Positions 1 to 15,352 of a stretch of 64,000 nucleotides of DNA are shown piece after piece. This DNA is from Neoconidiobolus thromboides FSU 785 (Eukaryota > Fungi > Entomophthoromycota). The notes under the pieces are model-generated. The model was not told the origin of the DNA and searched no databases. It worked only from the letters and a program-made list of their open reading frames with translations. The stretch spans positions 17,305 to 81,304 of the forward strand of contig MU626356.1 of assembly GCA_025603075.1 (NCBI GenBank). Direction: 5' to 3'. Made by a program: the position numbers and the translations under genes. Position 1 is the stretch's first letter, and each line of letters opens with the position of its first letter.

Positions 1-943
1 TACTTGCTTGAGCTTCCCTACTTTGTGCAACCGCTAATTTAACAATCTCATTGAACCTAGAGTTATTATTTGGAATTGCCATACTTAAAGTGTTTGCTGC
101 TTTACGGTTTTCACCGTTGTTCCTAGCAATAAGGCGTCGTAAATCCTTTATTTCCATCACCATAGTAGAAAATTGACTATCAATCTCTTTTTTAAGGTCG
201 TTAGATGAAACTAAAAGATTAATAAGTATAAAAATTAAATTATAAAGAAAGTAAATTACTTGTTACATTAAGTTGTAATATCGAGCCATCCTTTACTTCA
301 TTTACATCCTCAAGTTCATAAAAAACATTAACAAAAGGGTCGCGAATATATAAAGCTGGAAAAGGATCCGATCCTGGATGATAATGAAAGTTTTCAACAA
401 AAAGCATATTCAGACTTGCTATAGTTAATGGACCAGTATAGATTATTTTTTTTGTTTTAGAGTCCAACTTAATAAATAATTTTTTAAAACTAACGATTTT
501 TTCTACAAAGTTTTAATATCGTAAACTAGATTTTCATGAAAATTATTACCTGAAGTTAATTCTTTATCCATTTCAAAACTTTCTTTTTCATTTATAGTAG
601 CTTCTACTAATTTTTTATTCAAATTTTCAAGCGTTGCAGCATCGGATATTTCTCCATTTTTTAAAGATTCTAAAGATGCTGGATCAAAGTCCATTTTTGT
701 TACCGAAGACATCCTATTCCTAGCATTAGCAAGTCTAATAGAATTAAGCGGTGAAATATTTTCTTGTTTCTGTTGCTTTTCTTCTGCGTTAGGCTCTTTA
801 CCAAGTTCAAGTTTAATTGAGCTAAGTGCTCGGATAGTTGTTGCTCTACGCTTAAGCTTTTCGAGCGCCACATTGGAGCTGGAAGTCAAGCGCGGCATTG
901 CTGGCCGATCTGAATTAAAACTTGAATCTCTATTGTTTTCCAT
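1..943 (-). CDS. BUD6: Bud6/Aip3 actin-interacting protein homologue, 5' part (runs off the left edge)
   Basis: ATG at 943. Exons ~503-943, ~240-467 and 1-~210 are joined by short introns. The motif LFVENFHYHPGSDPFPALYIRDPFVNVFYELEDVNEVKDGSILQLN matches the Aip3/Bud6 N-terminal domain and is followed by a coiled coil (LKKEIDSQFSTMVMEIKDLRRLI). Confidence 0.75.
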
Positions 944-2697
944 TTTTCCTTTTTATTAACTAAGTTTATAATTAATTAACTTTTAAAAAGTAGAAATTGA
1001 TTTTATAAATTTAACAAGACCTTATATTTAATAAAAGGATTTGATTGGTTAGAGTTGCTTATCTTTAGCAAATGGATTTAAAGTTAACCTTATATTGTTC
1101 TGTTTTATACAAAATTAGTTTAGTTTATATTTGAAATAAACGACATAGTAACTAATAATGCTCATTCGATATATAGCAAATTAACACAGAACATAAACAA
1201 TACTAAACAAAAATTATCGTTATTAATGAATAATCTAAAAGGATATTTTTAGATTTCATAATGCTTCAATGAAATGTTTGTAGGCTTCTAAATTAATGAG
1301 TTCTTTGAATGAAAAATTATATTGTCCTAAAGCTTTACGAAAATCAGAAATTAATGCTTAAATAAGATAAAGTCCTTATAACTCTACTCAAAATAAATGA
1401 GACTGATCTACTAAGAACTATCCGGTAAATCTATCCCACTTTTTTGAGCACACTTTATAGTCTAGATGGTAAACTCTACTTAACCTAGTTAGAAATTAAT
1501 AGTCTTTAGGACAAATATAATTTAGAATCGTTTTTTAAGAATAATGATTTATAAGTGTTATTAAATGGTGGTAAACTCAAGTACATGTAATTCATGTCTA
1601 TTTTTAATAAATGAATAATAGTTAAATTTTATGATAAAAGTTTCATAGTTAAATGGCTTTATAAATATCTTGAGGCATAATACCCTTATATAATGAAACA
1701 ATTAAAGGTAAATTAACTATCAACCTTAATTTTGTTGAATTTTTCAAGTGAAATTGAACAAATAGTTTAATTAGGCGGAATTATCCGCTCTTTAATTTTA
1801 AGGATAATGTGATCCCTATTCATTTTTTAAATTTCTGAAAACAAAATATTTATTTTTATTTAACTAATAAATTGAAATGATGAAATAAATATACAAATTA
1901 TTATATAAGATGAAATCTTTTAAATAAAAGTAAAATTCATTTTACGATACAACTAACCAATAAAATCGATTTTCTGATCCGAATGGGCATAGTTGATGGG
2001 TTAAGATTATAAATAGCCTCAACCTATGATTTCACTATGGTATAATTAATAATCTAATAACGAATTAATAATCATTTAGCCCAATCATTACAATGGATTT
2101 TTGGTAGATTAAAAACTGATTTTTTGAAAATTATGCAAATTTAATCTAAGTTTCAATCAAAATCAATTAAGATTCCTAATAATTGTTTAATTTTGCTAAC
2201 TTCATTTGTAAATTATTAATCAAATATTGATTTGAGTTAAAAAAATTATTAATGATTTTGATATTTTGCTAAGATTGTGTCGACTTATTTAATATTTGTT
2301 TGGATGCAAGTTATATAAAAACTTCATTTTTTATTATAAAATGTACTCAAATAATGTCAAAGATGTCAAAAAAATACAAGTTTAATATTTAATTTAAAAG
2401 AAAATTTTAATTCATAAAAAATTCTGGAGAAAATTTATTATGGAAACTTGCCTTTCTGAGAATCTCCACAAATCACATTTTAAAGTTTATACTGCATTTG
2501 TAAGCTTAAAATCACATGATTGGCTACTTTGACTGTGGGAAAGATTGACAGATTACTAATTTAAATCATTCGAAATGGTGTAATACAAAGAAAGTATGTT
2601 GCAAGGAGGTATTATAAAAATGATAGCAATGGAGGTTCAATGAAAAAATAAAATTCCTTCTTTCACTTTTTATTGATTGATTTATATAATATTCAAT

Positions 2698-4020
2698 ATG
2701 GTCCATAACGCCAATAAAACTTTAAAATTCGCTACCCTTGCTATCCACGCTGCTCAAAGCCCAGACGCATCAACTGGCGCTGTAATTCCTGCCATCTCTC
2801 TTTCAACAACCTTCAAACAATCTGCTGTTGGTGTTCATCAGGTAACTATAACTATAAGATTATTTTACTTTTTTATTAATATAATATAGGGTTTTGAATA
2901 TTCCCGTTCTGGTAACCCAAACCGTGACTCCTTTGAAGCTGCTGTAGCTGCCTTAGAGCAAGGAAATCATGGTAAGTTTATCCATACTAATTCTTTCAAA
3001 TTTGGTATTAAATTATACTAGGTCTTGCTTTCTCATCTGGTTCAGCCACTACTGCATCCATTGTAAACATGCTTCCATCCGGCTCTCACATTGTCTCTGT
3101 AAACGATGTTTATGGTGGAACTTACCGTTATTTCACTAAAGTCGCCAATACTAAAGGTATTAGTGTTGACTTTGTTGATTTATTGGAGCCAGAGAATTTA
3201 TCCACCGTCATTAAGCCTAATACTAAGGTAGGTCACTTAATATTTTTTATTTACAACTTTTATTTACAATCTATCTTAGATTGTCTGGATTGAAACTCCT
3301 ACCAATCCTACTTTACGTTTAGTAGATATCAGGGCTGTTGCCGAAATCGCCCATAAAAATGGTGCTATTTTAGTTGTTGATAACACCTTTTTATCCCCAT
3401 ATTTCCAAAACCCATTAACTTTAGGCGCCGATATTGTTATCCATTCAGTAACTAAATACATTAATGGCCACTCTGATGTCGTTATGGGAGTAGCTGCATT
3501 AAATGATCTTAAATTATATGAAGATCTTAAATTCCAACAAAACTCCTTCGGTGCTGTCCCATCTGCCTTTGATTGTTTCCTTGCTCATCGTGGTCTTAAG
3601 ACTTTAGCTCTTCGTATGCGTCAACATGAAGCTAATGCTCTCCAAGTTGCCAAATACTTAGAAGCCTCCCCTTATGCCACTAAAGTTATCTATCCTGGCT
3701 TAGAATCACATCCTCAACATGAATTAGCTAAGAAACAAATGAAAGGGTACGGTGGTATGGTATCCTTTAGAATCAATGGTGATGGTGATGTAGCTGATAA
3801 ATTTTTGCAAAACCTTAGAATCTTCACTTTAGCTGAAAGTCTTGGTGGAGTTGAATCTCTTTGTGAACTTCCATCTAAAATGACTCATGGTTCCGTTTCA
3901 GCTGAAGACCGTGAAATTTTAGGAATAACTGATAATCTTATTCGTTTATCTGTAGGTATTGAAGACGCTGAAGACTTACTTGAAGATATTGAACAAGCTC
4001 TCAAAGCTTCTTCAGAATAA
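2698..4020 (+). CDS. CYS3: Cystathionine gamma-lyase (Cys/Met metabolism PLP enzyme)
   Basis: Motifs: FATLAIHAAQ, VIPAISLSTTFKQ, YSRSGNPNR, DVYGGTYRYF, ETPTNP, VVDNTF, HSVTKYINGHSDV (PLP lysine), FTLAESLGGVESL, RLSVGIED. Three short GT-AG introns. Confidence 0.95.
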
Positions 4021-4460
4021 GTCAATCTTTCTTGATTATAACCTTCGCTGATTGTTTTTCTTTACTAATAATCTATATTACACTGTTATATTGAAGGGCT
4101 GACTTTTTTGTAAAGTTAATCTCTTCAATCTATTAATTAGATAATCGAACATTTATAAATAAACTATAAATAAATTTAAAATGTAAATGTTTTTAGTTTT
4201 ATTATTTTTACAAACATTTCAATACTTGTCATTTTTATTAGAAAGCGTTATTTTAATAAAGTATTGAAGAGATATATTATAAATTTTAAAAATAAAGCTT
4301 TAATTTAGCTAACACCTCCACTTGGAAAAAAATTAAAAAACTAGCTTGCAGCTATAAATAACACTTCATTATCAACCGATATTGAAAATGCTATAACCAA
4401 AAATATTACATAATCATTTACATTAAAAGATAAAAAAGTCAGTTTGATAATATCTTCGTA

Positions 4461-7400
4461 TTATTGATAAACAGGACTAGTCCCACGCTTCTTTTCCTCT
4501 GCTTTTTTAAGCTTTGATAGCATAGCTTCCGATCGCATATTAAAATTTCTAGTAGGATCTGGTAATTTACTGAGTGGGAAGCCATGGTGCGTTGGTGCTG
4601 TGGAAGGTCCATTACCCACATTACGTGCTGTTGGCGAACTAGCTTTGGAATATTTAAGTCGACGCCATCCTTCAATATCTATCAATGCCTGCATACATCC
4701 CCATTCCATTATTTTTTTTTCAAGCCAAACTAAAGAGACTGGTTTAGTCAGGAAATCATTACAACCTGCAGCTAAAGCATCAATACGATCTGTCCTTAAC
4801 GATGAGGCAGTAAGAGCTACAATAATAACTGGCGATTGGATTGGAGTAGGAGGTGTACGTGGCGATGGTGTATTTGGCTGAGAGTGAGTTGGTAACTTCA
4901 TAGGCTCACTATTTGAAGAAGTTGGCGGGCTAAAAAAACTGATTTGTCTACTTTTTTCGATTTTTCGTATCTCTTTGGTAGCTTCGATACCATCCATAAC
5001 TGGAAGTTGAATATCCATCTAAATAAAAGAATGAGCAAATGTTTTATGTTAATTAAAAATTATTTACTAAGACAATATGAAATCCACCCTTTTTCCATTT
5101 TTCGACAGCCTCTTGTCCATCATTTGCAACTGCATATTTTATCTTTCGCTTTTTCATAAATGTAGCAAGAATCTTTTGATTAATCGGATTATCTAAAAAG
5201 TTAGTTATTGAACACAAATAAGAACAAATAAAATTACCTTCAACTATTAAAACATTGATAGGAAGTGACTGGACTTGTGGAAAATAAGAACCAGAATTTG
5301 CTCCAGGACGCTTAGCTGAGTTCGGTGAAAGCATTGGTCCATCCTTTTTACCTTGCTTATTTAATTTTGCTAATTTAGCAGCAGTACGTGATTGTTTAGA
5401 TTTTGAAAGAAGTTTGGATAAAGGGGTTGGTGATGATTTAACCTTTTCATCTGTCACAACAACATTTGGAATAGAAGGATTTAACGGCTCAGGATCTTCG
5501 ATTTTCGGTATAACCACTCCTTCCGGCGATTTGACTTCAACTAATACTTCTGGTTTTATTGATGAGGAACTTCCATTGGAGTTTGAATGCCTGTGAAGAG
5601 GTCTTGGTGAGTGAGGGGAGCGGGGAGACTTAATTTCAGGGGACTGAATTTTGTTTTGTGACAAGCTTTTATTTTCATTGAATAACCTAAACCTACCCGG
5701 AGAATAGCTATTTTGTGAAGCATTCACATGGGAAACATATAAATCAACAAATAGTCTAAACCCTACGGGTTTAGGTATTAATGTAATGCAAGGATAAAAT
5801 AAAGAATGGCATTGGGATAAAGTTGTTTCTAAAAATTGAAATACTTCTGGGAAACTATCTGGTGACAGAAGATAGATAATGCTTGTATTATTGACTCTTC
5901 TACAGTGATCTCCTGTATTTCTTAGCAAAATATCATGAATGATAGTTTGAAATGAAGTGAAACAATCGTTGATAATAAAGCATACATCTTTTGATATTAT
6001 ACTTTTATCATTTAAAGTTCTTAAGCAGCGAGATAAGGCGGGAGTAGAATTTGGTACTAAATCAATGTTTGCACCAAGCAATTTAAAACAAGAATTAAGA
6101 AAGTTCCCAAAAGTTGAGTCCTGGGAAGTAACTAAATATAACTCATGATCAAGAAATAATTTTCTTGAAGGATGTTCAATTACATTTTCATCAAACGATT
6201 TATTTAGTATTGCGTGACACTCCTCAGACATTACAAAGGTACATTTTATATAAATAGTTTTCTTATTAGAATCGCCAAAGTAAGTCAATTTAGCTCCCAC
6301 TTGCTTTGAAAGTAAAACTAACGGGCTATTCATATCTAAATTCAAATCAATTATATCTGTTGAAGAAGAAGTACTATATGAAACTGTAAAAATAAATGAA
6401 ATTGGAGTATTCACATCAATAGGGGCATCTTTATCTTTTTTTGATTTAGGTATTTTTACTCCGAGTTCAATACTTGAATTGGGCAAAGCTGATTGAATCG
6501 CAAAGTTCAACATCTACAAACATTAAATATTTATTTAATATAACCAAAATAAACTTACTCTGACTAGAATATGATTCAAAGCTATACCTTCACCATAAGC
6601 AAACAACTTTGTGAAAACGAGCTCCAAATCATTAATAATAAGCTCTAATTTCTCTCTAGCTGCATGTTTCCCTAAAATATCACCACATAATTGGAGTACA
6701 TTGGTGACATCGAAACGATTTTTTGATTTATAAGAAGCTACAAATCCTAAAAACCGACCAGAGCTAAGATCCCTGTAGCTAGTAAGCACATTGCAAATCT
6801 TTGAGAAATGTTTGAAAAAAGTGTCCAATTTTAGCTCAAATACTTTACAGTTGTTGCTATCTAACACATTTGATTCTCCAAATAAAGCTAATGTTTTGGA
6901 ATGTTCTTGAATAACAGCGACGATTGTTCGAAGTTCTTCAACAAAAACACGGATGATTTGTACTTCTTTATTTATATATGATTTATGTGAATTTTCCGTT
7001 GCAACACATGCGGTCATAAATTGGTTTCTAATTTCTGCTTGAAGTTTCAACCTATCTTTCTCGTATAAATTTATAATCATTAAAAGTACAACTACGAAAA
7101 AGAAGGTGAATTCTGGTAAAGCCCACGAAGAGTAAACTAATATAGATGTCGAAGAATCCCCAGTAAAATTATGCTCGTTTAAAGTTCTAAATCCACTCAT
7201 TATGTCAAACATTATATGCAATAAACAAGCAAAAATAGCCATATAAATCGAACCTTTGGCATTTCTTACCAACCTCTCAAATGTCTTCAACACTAAAGAA
7301 GACCAAACACATATATTAAGAAATAAGTAAAAAGAATTACCGAGCTCGGATTTGAGTGAAAAAACAAAGATAAATGTTGAAGAGAAGCAGTTTAGATAAT

Positions 7401-7539
7401 AAACCAATGATAAAATTGTTTTCAATCTTGATTCAAAAAAGTTATTTGTTGAAGCTTCAAAGTTTGGGTCTAAATAAGATATATGTTGAGAGATATCTCT
7501 AAAAAGGTTGTCACCGCTATAAAATAAATCGCTTTTCAT
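4461..7539 (-). CDS. SSK1: Ssk1/Mcs4-type response regulator with N-terminal transmembrane and pseudo-histidine-kinase region
   Basis: Receiver domain INVLIVE|DNPINQKIL...MDIQLPVMDGIEAT...VALTASSL...AAGCNDFLTKPV, followed by the Ssk1-diagnostic WLEKKIMEWGCMQALID. ORFs 6535-7539, 5053-6513 and 4461-5018 are linked by short introns. Confidence 0.85.
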
Positions 7540-8141
7540 CGTTTCTAAAGATCAAGTAATATGTTTATTTGTAAAGAGTTTGATGCCGTATTAATTTTTT
7601 GTCATAACCTTATAATTTCAACAACTATTTTATCAATCTATAAGAAATGTTACTTATTCTTTTCTAATTTACCCTAAATAATGCAACTTTGCATTAATGA
7701 GCGAATTTCATTAAAATCTTTTTTATTGGTTTGAAGTATTTGCAAATTAGTTAAAGTGAGGAAGAAAGTCCACCTTTTCAAATTGTAATAAAATAGCAAA
7801 TATGAAATCTTAATTTGTTTTAAAAAATTCAAATTAAACAATATGATTATACTATAAATAGCTCAAATAAATAAAACTATATAAATATATTTTAACAGAT
7901 GACTGATCAACAATATGACAAAGCAAGTTTAAAAGCACAATTATATAACAAAAAGCTGTATAATAAAGGAAATATCAAATAGATTTAAATAAAAAAATTT
8001 AATTTGATGTCATTTTAAAATTGCCAATAAACTTTATAAAGAGTATCAGAAATCTGAACTTTTAAAAGTATTATTTTCAAAGCTATCTCTTGCAGTTTTA
8101 ATCCTTGATATATCACAAAGCTATACACATGACAATGATGT

Positions 8142-8236
8142 AGAGATGTATTTTTTGTTTAAGAATTTTACTAACAATCTTTCTGCTCAAATAGTGCTTA
8201 AAAAAAGGAAAAAGTGATGAAAATAAAAAACATCCC
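8142..8236 (+). mobile_element. MITE family A copy (~97 bp)
   Basis: AGAGATGTATTTTTTGTTTAAGAATTTTACTAAC...AAAAAACATCCC, flanked by ATGT/ATGT. Confidence 0.85.
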
Positions 8237-8638
8237 ATGTCCTTATCATTTATATTACTTAAGGGCTGGTTTTTGCATTAAAAAACAGTCGAATATGTAC
8301 TATTTGAAGTCATTTATGAGGAGTTATCTAGTGAATAGTAACGTTGCTAGCAGTACAAAGCAATACTATTAAACTTGGAAAAATAATAGAAGACATCAAT
8401 ATTGCAGTATACATGATTAGAAATCAAATAGTAATAGTAATAACCAATTAGAAATTTAAAATTTTATATTTTAATGAAAAAACATCCCTTTATTTCTGAC
8501 ACAATTAAGTTTGAAACATCAAGAGTTAGAGTTTGGTTAAATTTTAAACTCTAGTAACAACTTTATAGTGTGAAATTCTATTGTTTAAAACTTTAACTTT
8601 ATGTGTTTATTAGAAATAGGGTTTAATAACTAAATTCA

Positions 8639-10239
<1,601 letters not shown>

Positions 10240-11392
10240 CAATTAAGAAAGATACTTAATAGCAATTACAAATAAAAAACTAAATTTTAAAATTGAGAAT
10301 AATTATATACGTTGGACAATATTTAGTGGCTTCTAATTTAATGCTTTAGTTTAATTAAACCTGCCACTCATTTATTGCATTTTAATTTGTATTGGTCCTT
10401 TTATTTGTTAAAAATTGATTGCTAATTGGTTTTAACACTTTCATATTCTTAACATAATTTATAGTCAATAAATTTATAGAACTGCAAACGTATTAATAAA
10501 TTAAAATTATTAATTATATCCGAATGTTATAAAGTTTGTATATATTGAAATCTAATTATATCAAATTGCTTGGATTAATATATTAATATTCCAGTTAAAA
10601 TTTTATATTGAACTTTATAGAATATAAATTTATTAATGTTAATTAAACAAAGTAAAATGCAGTTTAATAGTGTACAATTTATGCAATACTACTGTTAACT
10701 TAAATCCGCTATTAAATTGTTATTTAATAACAATTTAGAGATTATTATACAAGAAACATAGGATCTAAAAAAAGTGGATTTTATTAACATTGTTTTTAAC
10801 AATGGTTTTTTTTATAAGCATTACGGCTATCGCACTATACTCCCCTTAATTTGTAAACGAACGTATCAAGCATGCTGGTTTGATGACTATTGTTAAATAA
10901 AAGCATGTTTTGTATTAACATCTTTTTTAATAACCTTGCTATAAACAGAAGTATGATCAACTACTATTAATAATTATAAAAAGAGACCAGCAAGTAGCAA
11001 AAATGTGTAGATAACTTTAATAAGATTATTTCATAAACTAAAATAAATACCTCTATTGTATTGTAATTCAAAGCTAGAAACTGTTTTCTAATGTCAACAA
11101 TTTATTTTTACCAACAATAATTTTTAAATAGAACTAAAATTCCCTTTCAATGATAGCAACTAATTTATCACCAAAATTCCGATAGGTGTTATCATACTTA
11201 AGTAATTTTTGTTACTAAGCATAAGTCATTAAATTTGGCTAAAACACAGCCAAACTGATCAGAGATTCATTAGCAGAATTTCCAAATTTATTCAAAAAAT
11301 AATAAACTTTGGGAATTTATGGAAAATCGTTATTAAAAATAAGAAAGAGTGGAACAAGTAAAAATTTAATTAATCTTTCTTATAAATAAAAT

Positions 11393-12459
11393 ATGTCTTT
11401 TAACGATCTTGAAGCGGGGTTTGGTGGTGGTTTAAAGAGCAATCAAAACTCAGGTAATATATAGTTGATAGATCTATTCAAAATACTAATCATTATATTC
11501 AGATGCTTTGACTAAATCCATTTCTCAAAAAATATTCAAGATAACTTCAAACGTATCCAATCTTCAAAGGATTGTTAATTTACTTGGAACTCAAAGAGAT
11601 ACTCAGGCGTTAAGGAGTCAAATGTAATATCAATAATATACTGAATTTAAAGTTATTAAACAAAAATAGGCATGATGTTACTGAGTCAACGAGAGAGATG
11701 ATAAAAGTTACCACAAAAGATATAAAGTCACTTACAACCAATACTAGTAGTTTATCTTCTGAAGAATTGGTAATACTTACTAAGTTTTTAATTTAAACGA
11801 ATAACCGCTTTATAGAAACAACGTAAACTTGGGCAGCACAAATTAACGAAAGACTTTCAAAAAGTTTTGGCTCAGTTTCATTCGATTCAAAAAATTTCTG
11901 CTGAAAAATCAAGGGAAGTTGTTGACTATATACACAATGTGCAAGAGTAAAACTTTATTAAATTGATGAAATTTAAATTAATTGGCTTTTTTTAGGGATG
12001 AAGAAAAAGAAGAGCAACCATTGCTTTTGCAATCTAACCAGAGGTATTACTGGCAATTTCTTTAAGAAAATAAAATTAATTTTTTTTAGGGTCCAAGTTC
12101 AATCATTAGATAACGAGATTGAATTTAACCAAGGCCTTATCGAAGAAAGAGAAAGAGAGATCCAAGAGATAGAACAAGGAATAACAGAATTAAACGAAGT
12201 CTTTAGAGATTTAGGGACATTTGTCAATGAACAACAAGGGCTTTTAGGTAAATGCTTATTAATAAATAGATATTTATTAATTTAAAATACAGATAATATC
12301 GAATCCAATGTTTCCAATGTTGCAGTTAATATTTACCAAGCTAATACCGAATTGAACACTGCTAACGAATACCAGAAGAAGTCTAGAAAAACAATGTGTT
12401 ATATCTTTTTAATTTTGTTTGTTGTGTTGTCCATCTTTATTTTGGTTATATTCTCTTAA
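11393..12459 (+). CDS. PEP12: Vacuolar/endosomal syntaxin (Qa t-SNARE, Pep12/Vam3-like)
   Basis: Starts MSFNDLEAG. Habc helices, then the SNARE motif EFNQGLIEEREREIQEIEQGITELNEVFRDLGTFVNEQQGLLDNIESNV, and a C-terminal TM anchor ending IFS*. Confidence 0.85.
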
Positions 12460-13379
12460 TATCATGTTTATTTAAATCTAATTTTACTTTAATGTTAATT
12501 TTGGTTTTCTTTTTAATATAGTATAAGTCATACTTTAGTTTACACTAGTTATACTCTTATTTCAAAGTCGTATGCTCTTTACCCACTAACAAAATACATT
12601 TCAATATCTCACTTATAGCAGTTTTGTAAAAAAAACAAATTAATTGTATTGTTGTTTAATCTTGATAAGGGAAGTTTCTACATTATTACTGACAAATGCA
12701 AATCCTCCTTATTAGAATGATTCTAAAAAGAGTAAATTGTGCTTTTAGAAAACTCATACTCATAAAAAGAATTATTAAGTTTATAATTAGCACACTAACT
12801 CTAGCTTTACAATTGAATATTCCTATATTGATTATATTAGATTCATTAAAAACATAAGGTTAGGATTTGCTCAATCCTTCTTTTTGAGCTTGAATATTGA
12901 GCAAATCATAAATCAAAATGAAAAAAAATGTATCATTCAATCAGTCAAATAAAAATCCCAACTAAAAACATTGCATTTAATGAAAATTAAAATTTAAAAT
13001 AAGTTGAAAAATCCAGCCAAAGATTAAGAACCTAAATTCATAAAAATCAGAAAGCTATTTATTATCATATCGAGTAAGGAATAAGTATAATTTATCATCT
13101 TCACGACTATAATTGTTTTATACTTTAACTCTACAGCTAAAATATTCTGATATTATTCTCAAAGTTATATTATTAAAATAGTCACGGAAACAGTTATTTA
13201 AATCATTAACTATAGTTTTATAAATTAAGCATTAATTAGTTAATTAAAATAGTATACTTTAACGCCATTCTGTTAGTTTGAAGTACTTTCTGTATCAATA
13301 ATTTTTTCACACTATCGATAACTGCTAAATGTTGTATAAGATCAACTAATAAATTATTTTGAACTTTATCATGGTTTAT

Positions 13380-13483
13380 TTAAAAAATGGAAAGTGATGA
13401 AGCTAAAAACACCCCCGTATACTTAAGTGCTATTTAAGCAGAAAAATTGTTAGTAAAATTCTTAAACACAAAAATACATCCCC
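13380..13483. mobile_element. MITE family A copy with an internal ~40-bp inversion
   Basis: The right-end segment in + orientation (TTAAAAAATGGAAAGTGATGAAGCTAAAAACACCCCC) is directly followed by the remaining segment in - orientation, ending CATCCCC-ATAT. Confidence 0.8.
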
Positions 13484-14089
13484 ATATAAATACAGATTCA
13501 ATTCTAAATACTATTTGTAAAATATACATATAATATTAGAATAAATTAAAATATAGCTGAAGTTTTTTAAGCTAAATAAATTAAATGGATTAAACAAACT
13601 AAACGTTAAGTTCACAATGTTCGTAAAATATAAACAAATGTAATAATAATTAATATGGATGTCTAAAGGCTATTCTATAAAGTCTTTTAAAAGTATCTAT
13701 CACCTCAATGTTAATTTTTAAGTAAACATTCGATTTAATAATTCAAACAACTAGTTGAATTTTATGATAAAGCTTTATATAATGTTCTTTAAACAATGAT
13801 ACTTTACTATATTTGAAACCTTAGTAAAAAGCAGTGTTTATATGACAATAGTAGCATTATATAATAAGAATAAATAAATAATATAAATTTTTAAAATTGC
13901 TATAGCCATAAATGTTAAAAATTAAAATTGATTTGTTATGCTTCCAAATTTAATCTAGGATTATTATAAAAAGGGGTCACAATAAAAATGATCGTACCAT
14001 TTGTTGTCCACAAGTATCCAATCATTTAAATCAAGCTTTTTACTTTAAAGAATCAAAATGCTTTTTTATAAATAGCGATAACAATAATA

Positions 14090-15352
14090 ATGAAAACAGT
14101 TGTCATTACAGGGATTACAGGGTATAATTTGTATTATCCTTTACGTCAATTTATATCTGATGTTTAATTTTAGAGCAGTTGGTAAAGGTATTTTGATTTC
14201 CTTACTTACCCGTTTCACAGACATCAAGATCTATGGAACAGCAAGAAATGCTGACAGAGTCTTAGCTTTATTTGAAGAAGTAATACTCAATTTGCCACCA
14301 ATCGTAAAGAAAGCAATTGAAGAGGGGAAGGTTGTTTTAATTCCTTTGGAATTGGATACTTCGGACGTGGATAGTATTTCAAGTGCTTGTAAAAAGTTGA
14401 GTTCAAGGTAATTTAATACCTGCTTAATTAAGTTCCTTGAATTAATTTGGTCTAGTGAAGATAAAATAGACACTTTGTTTTTAAACGCTGGTGCATTGAT
14501 AGCAAATGGAATTTCTTATTGGGGTATAGTTCATCAGCTATTGTTTGATATTCGAACTTTTCCAGTTAAACCAAAGTATATTAACCATGATGGAATAAGT
14601 ATGATCAATAAAGAGATTTCAAAATCTTTTTATACCAATGTATATGGGCACTATATTATGGTAAAACAGAATACAATAAGTGAAGTCTATAATAATAATT
14701 TATAGATCAGAAAATTAACTGAAGTTTTAAAAAAATCCCAAGATGCTAGAATTATATGGACTGGATCTTCAGAAGGAGAAAAAGAATTTTTCGATATTGA
14801 AGACATACAAGGGATGAAAAGGTATGTTACTAACAATAATAATATATAATAACAATATTGAACTTTGTATCAAGTATAAACCCCTATGGCTCCAACAAAT
14901 ACTGCCTACAACTCTTATCGGAACTTTTCAACCAAGAATTTAAAGCTAAAAACTATCCAATTACATCTATTGTTACTTCACCTGGTGTCATAGCAAGTAA
15001 TATAGCAAACACTTTGCTTCCTCCATTATTTGTGATGATCTTTATGACCCCAGCTTTGATTATCGTAACTAATACTACTTCATCCTCTTTTAGACTAATA
15101 CTAATTTTCAACTAGATGAGATTATTATTTGGCATACCTGAACTTACCATCAGCCTTAAGAATGCATCTGCTTCCATTTTGTATTCTTTTGAAATTCCAC
15201 TGGGTGAGATTGACTCTAAATGTAGATATGACGCTACTTCAGATCGTTTTGGAAAATCGAAGGTGGTTAAAACTAAGTTTACTGATTTTACACAGGAGGA
15301 TCTGAAATCTTTGGATTTATATTTGAAAGATTTGGATAAGAATACCTTATAA
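14090..15352 (+). CDS. ERG27: 3-keto-steroid reductase-like short-chain dehydrogenase (Erg27/HSD17B7)
   Basis: Rossmann motif VVITGITG|AVGKG across an intron, LFLNAG, FYTNVYGHYIM, RIIWTGSS, catalytic YGSNK and SPGVIASNI. Confidence 0.75.

Noticed and set aside
1981-2035. Imperfect hairpin CATAG-TTGA...TCAACCTATG as an ncRNA
   Set aside because: No tRNA, snRNA or snoRNA signature; the short stem is not distinguishable from chance.
10713-10737. 12-bp-arm A/T palindrome TAAATTGTTATT-T-AATAACAATTTA
   Set aside because: Plausible by chance in 64 kb of such AT-rich DNA; no second copy.
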